Both the position numbers and the translations under genes were made by a program. From Waddliaceae bacterium (GTDB lineage Bacteria; Chlamydiota; Chlamydiia; Chlamydiales; SLFE01), in the NCBI GenBank assembly GCA_963771045.1, contig CAVYRW010000004.1, positions 64,001-128,000 of the forward strand: a stretch of DNA of 64,000 nt, read 5' to 3'. Positions 59,061 to 64,000 of the stretch are shown one piece after another (the stretch's first letter is position 1; each line of letters begins with the position of its first letter). The notes below the pieces were generated by a model, which did not search any database, was not told the origin of the DNA, and was given only the letters and a program-made list of their open reading frames with translations.

Positions 59061-61608
59061 CTGAAATTAAGGCCCATTACAATGAAAATTAACCCGCATT
59101 TCACACGCCTTCTCACTTTATTCCTGATGGCTTTTTGCACTGTGGCTCAGGCGCAAACCATTGCCGAAAAGAAAAAAGGGCTGGCCAAAGGGGTGACCGA
59201 TCTGGGTCCAAAGCTTGAAGCGGATTTGATTGAGGTGAATCAGCAGCTGGAGCTGAAAAGGGAAAATTTAAATGAGCTTTACGCCGATGTTGACGAGCTT
59301 TACAAAATCGGAGCTCCCGCCGAATGCTTCGAAGAGCTTGTTCAATTGATTAACAAAACGCGAAGCGAAATCAGGGAAATCAACCAAAAATGGCAGGAGA
59401 TTGCCAGCCAGTCGGCCAGAACCGATATTTACGCCCTCTGGCATCAGCCGGAACGACTATCGATCAGCTTGTCATCGACTACGGTTCCCAGGATTTTGTA
59501 TATGTCATGCCACCGAACATCGGTGAAATGAAAATCAGCGTCAATTCGAACATACCCATTCCCCAAGCCTCGTGGGAGAGTATGCTCGATTTGATTCTGA
59601 CTCAAAATGGCATCGGCACTCGTCAGCTGAATCCCTTTTTGCGGGAGCTTTATCTTTTCAGTGAAGAAAGCAGTCCTGTCAACTACATAACAGACAATCC
59701 CTCTGACCTCGAGTTTCTTCCTCAAAATCAGCGGGTCGCTTTTTTGATCACTCCCGACCCCTCCGATGTCCGCAGGTCCTGGACATTTCTGAACAAATTT
59801 ATCAATCCCATGACGACAAAGATCGAACAGGTCGGCAGGGAAATTCTTGTGGTTTCCCAGGTCGGGGAGATTCAGGATTTGCTCAAGCTTTATAATTTTG
59901 TCGCGACGACAAAAAACACCAAAAGCTATAAGCTTGTCCCACTGTCTAAAATTAAAGCGGAAGAAATGGCGAAAGTCATTTCGGCTATGTTCGACCAGAT
60001 GTCGGAAGAGGCGGTCGTTTTTGAAAAGGGAAAAACTCCTCCGAAACAATCCGGATTCCAGACCTTGTCAACGGGCTAAAGATTATCATTTTAGACACAC
60101 TGTCTCAGGCTGTCTTTCTTGTCGGAACCGAGGAGGAAATCAGAAAAGCCGAGCAAATGATTTGCAATATTGAAAGCAAAATCGGCGGCGGACGGGAAAA
60201 AATGATCCATTGGTATCGCGCTAAACACTCCTCTGCAGAAGAGCTTGCTGATACCTTGCAGCAAGTTTATACTGCAATGGTGACTCAAAAGATCGGAGTG
60301 GCCAAAAGGCCCGGACAAAACGGACAGCCTCCCTATCCAGGCTCCGACGTCAATCAAAATGTCAATTTCAATGAACTTGAAAGGCCCCAAGAGCCCTTTC
60401 CGATTTTCAACGACAACTATTATGTCTACGGAGAACCGGTTGTCTACGCTCCTCCGATTGATCCGGGAGCGGCTGTCAACGAACCGCCTCCTGTCCAAAA
60501 ACAAAACCCTAACTTCATCGTCGATGAGAAAACAGGGTCTATCATCATGGTCGTGGAGAAGGAGCTGCTTCCCCGCCTGATGGAGATCATTTTCAAACTT
60601 GACGTTCCCAAGAAAATGGTGCAGATCGATGTTCTTGTATTCGAAAGGCGGACGAGGGAGCAGACCGATTACGGCCTCAACCTCCTCAAAATCGGCGGCT
60701 GCGCCAGCCAGTCGCGCCTCACTTGCATTGACTGGGACCAGCCTGCGGCGCTCGGCATCTTTGAATTTTTGCTAAGTCGCCCTAAAACTTGCGGAGGATT
60801 TCCCGCATTTGATTTAGTTTACAAATTTCTGCTGACCCAGGAAAATTTGACAGTCAATGCCAACCCGTCGGTAGTCACGATCAATCAGACCCCTGCCGAA
60901 ATCAGTATCCGAGAAGAAATTTCGATACAGACAGGAATCAATTTCATCGCCACTACCAACGCCAATACCCCGCAAGATACTTTTAAGAGGGAACAGTTTG
61001 GAATTACGATTAAAGTGACCCCGACAGTCCATCTGTGGAATGAGGATGAAGAGTTTATCGATGGCGACGATGTCGACTATATCACTTTGCAAACCTATAT
61101 CAACTTCGACACGATCGAACCCACGCCCCAGTCTCCCAGCCGTCCCAATGTTTTGCGAAGGGAGCTTGAGAACGAAGTGCTCATCGCCGATGGACAGACA
61201 GTGGTTATGGGCGGCCTTAGGAGAAAAATCAGCAATGACGCCAAGCAGTCGATTCCCTTTTTCGGAGAAATTCCCGGATTTGGAAAATTGTTCAGCATGA
61301 ATGAAATGGAAGACAGAACCACCGAATTGATCATCTTTATGACTCCGCAGATTATCCACGACCCCTGCGAGGATATCGAAAAAATCAAGTTTCAAAAAGT
61401 CAGCGAGAGGCCCGGTGAGCTGCCCTCCTTTTTATGCCGCCTGAACGAGTCTCTTGAGTGCTATCAGCGCCGCGCGTTTGCTCAAACGATTAAGATTTTG
61501 TGCGGCAATCCCCACACCCACTATTACCCGACGCAAATAGGATGTGTTCCCGCGCCCGTTAAACGAGGGGAGTGGTCTTGTTTTTGCGGAGACTACGATG
61601 GACGTTAG
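59049..61608 (+). CDS. gspD: Type II secretion secretin, split over three ORFs
   Basis: LDVPKKMVQIDV, NPSVVTINQTPA, GITIKVTP, IPFFGEIPGFGKLF. Confidence 0.88.
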
Positions 61609-63326
61609 AGAGTGGTACGAGGAAGGCAGAAAATGGCTGGAAAAACTCGCCAAAAAGCCTTCGGGGAAGGGGACGCCCAAAAAAGAGCCTGAGGAAAACG
61701 CCCATGGGGGGCTTAGCATCGGCGATGAGCTTGTACGGCAGGGAGTTCTCGGCGGCGATGATGTCAGCGAGAATTTAGCTAAGCAATTCGGCATGCCGAT
61801 CATTAAAGATGCGGCCATGATCAACCTCCCCCGCGAGCTTTACAAAAAAGTTCCTTACAGCTTCGTGAAAAAACACAACGTCATTCCTATCGACAAAGAC
61901 AATGGGGAGGTCGTTGTTGCCGTTTCCGATCCTCTCAATTTAGAGCCTCTTGAAGAACTGCAGATGATTCTCGAAACACCCGTAAGGGCTGTCTACAGCC
62001 CCAAAGATCTCATTTTATCTGCAATCAACGACTGCTACAATACCGAGCATGGCGCCGCCTCGCAGCTTCTTGCCGACCTTGGAGAACAGGAAGGGGAAGC
62101 CGAAGGCGAGACGGATATTGAATCCTATGACCTTCTTGACGATACATATGAACACTCGCCCATTGTCAAGCTTCTCAATTTGATTCTGACAGAAGCAATC
62201 CAGCAAAACGCCTCGGATATTCACTTCGAGCCTTTGGAAGATACTCTCCGCGTCCGCTATAGGATCGACGGCGTTTTGCACACGAGGCACACCCCCGCCT
62301 CTGAATATCAATCGCAGCTTTTGACTCGGATCAAGGTTATGGCAAAATTAGACATAGCCGAAAGGAGGCTTCCCCAGGATGGCCGGATCAAGCTCAGAAT
62401 GGGAAGGCGCGACATTGATTTTCGGGTGAGCACCGTTCCGATTGTCAACGGCGAGAGGATCGTCCTCCGAATTTTGGACAAAGGGAACATAACGCTCGGA
62501 CTCAATCAGCTTGGCATGCTCGATTCCACTTTGAAAGAATTTAGAAGGCTCATCCACCTTCCCGAAGGAATCATTCTGGTTACCGGCCCCACCGGAAGCG
62601 GAAAAACAACGTCTCTTTACAGCGCCGTTAGCGACCTTTATTCCGAAGAGACAAATATTATGACCATTGAAGATCCGGTGGAGTATAATTTAAAAGGAAT
62701 CGCCCAAATCGGCGTCCGCCCTAAAATCAACCTCACTTTTGCGGCCGGTCTGCGTCATATTCTTCGGCAGGATCCCGATGTCGTGATGGTTGGAGAGATT
62801 CGGGATTTGGAAACAGCCGAGATCGCAATTCAGGCCTCTCTTACCGGCCACCTCGTGCTGAGTACCCTGCATACCAATGATGCGCCGTCGGCAATGACCA
62901 GGCTTGTCGACATGGGAATCGAACCTTATCTGCTATCTTCTAGCGTTGTCGGCGTGATGGCCCAGCGTCTTGTCCGAAAGATTTGTCCCCGTTGCAAAGA
63001 ATCCTACCATGCCGACCGATGCGGAGCTTAAAGGGATCGGAATTGTCCGCGGCATGATCCCCGGAGGAAAACTTTACAGGGGAAAAGGCTGTCCAGATTG
63101 CTACCAGTCGGGTTATCAGGGGCGCCACGGCGTTTACGAGCTGCTGACGATAAACAGCTTTTTGCAGCAGCAAATCGTCAAGAGTCCCGACGCTGTGCAA
63201 ATGCGGCAGGAGGCAGTCAAGCATGGGATGGAGACGCTTCGCTGCCATGGGGCCGAGCTTGTTCTTCAGGGCATTACGACAGAAGCGGAAGTGCTGAGAG
63301 TGATAAGAGGGGTGGATGAGGAATAA
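61598..63326 (+). CDS. gspE: Type II secretion ATPase (frameshift near 63020)
   Basis: ASDIHFEP, RLPQDGR, GPTGSGKTT, LRQDPD, CPRC...CPDC zinc motif. Confidence 0.93.
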
Positions 63327-64000
63327 TGCCGCTTTACTACTACCACGCGCTTGACGCCAAAGCTAAAAAAGAAAAAGGAGTGATCGAGGCTCAAAATGAA
63401 AAGGAGGCCAAACGAAAACTCCGCGACCGGGGTCTTATGGTCAGCAGTCTTTCGACAAAAGTCAAAGTCTCCTCTAAAGAGAACCTCAAAGCCGAAGCCC
63501 TTTTGACATTCACTATGCAGCTCTCGCAGCTGATCAATGCCGGCGTTCCCCTTTACCAGAGCCTTTTGGCTATCGAAGAGCAAAACAACAAAGAGCCTTA
63601 TCACCGTATTTTGATCAGCCTCTGCGATCAGATCAAGGGGGGAAGTTCCCTTTCCGAAGCCATGCGCGCCTACCCACGCAGTTTCAACCGTCTTTACACA
63701 TCCCTCATTGCCGCCGGGGAAGCTTCGGGAGCTCTCGGTATGGTTCTCGAAAGATTAAGGGAGCTCTTTGCCAAGCAGATGAAACTGAAAAAAGACATCT
63801 CGACTGCCATGATTTATCCCTCGATTTTGGCAGGGTTTTCTCTTTTGGTTATCGGTCTGCTTCTCGGTTTTGTGGTCCCCTCGATTGAAGGGATTTTCGC
63901 CGACCGCAAACTTAACGGATTTACTCAATTTGTTTTGAACCTGAGCCATTTTTTCCGCGATTGGTGGATCGTGTATCTCCCGCTTCTTGCCGGAGCGGTC
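63326..64000 (+). CDS. gspF: Type II secretion inner membrane protein F (partial)
   Basis: MPLYYYHALD..., QLSQLINAGVPL, AGEASGAL, AMIYP. Confidence 0.9.
   Translation, partial: MPLYYYHALDAKAKKEKGVIEAQNEKEAKRKLRDRGLMVSSLSTKVKVSSKENLKAEALLTFTMQLSQLINAGVPLYQSLLAIEEQNNKEPYHRILISLCDQIKGGSSLSEAMRAYPRSFNRLYTSLIAAGEASGALGMVLERLRELFAKQMKLKKDISTAMIYPSILAGFSLLVIGLLLGFVVPSIEGIFADRKLNGFTQFVLNLSHFFRDWWIVYLPLLAGAV

Noticed and set aside
1..64000. CRISPR array, rRNA or tRNA genes
   Set aside because: No repeat-spacer array with 25-45 bp repeats, no cas genes, and no recognisable rRNA or cloverleaf by eye; the short arrays at 37102 and 52448 have only 6-8 bp units

Overview
This 64-kb window looks like the chromosome of an environmental Chlamydiae-type intracellular bacterium. 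That is inferred from nqrA, the gspD-E-F block, BrnQ/TyrP transporters and F-box, BTB, LRR and Inc-like proteins. Housekeeping genes (pdxST, rsgA, TrmH, CCA-adding enzyme, arginase, mutL, pepP, purN-like, sensor kinase, MoxR/DUF58, proB/proA/proC, csaA, PfpI, YjbH, nqrA, gspDEF) are interleaved with candidate effectors and mobile DNA. A 12-kb pile of IS256, IS66, ISAs1, IS1 x2, IS3, a group II intron remnant and a Fic gene lies between proB and proA. Many single-base frameshifts, often at homopolymers and in conserved genes, suggest assembly indel errors, so split genes are not automatically pseudogenes. Four observations stand out. (1) An IS903-type element encloses a GxxExxY nuclease-family gene, with 9-nt-period repeats built into its ends. 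(2) A 285-bp ORF-less IS200/IS605 element has its own promoter and an omegaRNA-like scaffold reading out toward proA. (3) An unannotated leader peptide (MPTLFTNRCCCCL as read) and an SD-sequestering hairpin precede brnQ. (4) A three-gene cluster (tandem DEDDh exonuclease, half-degenerate Clp ATPase, 1201-aa putative Cys protease) carries NLS-like motifs in all three proteins. No rRNA, tRNA or CRISPR array was recognised.
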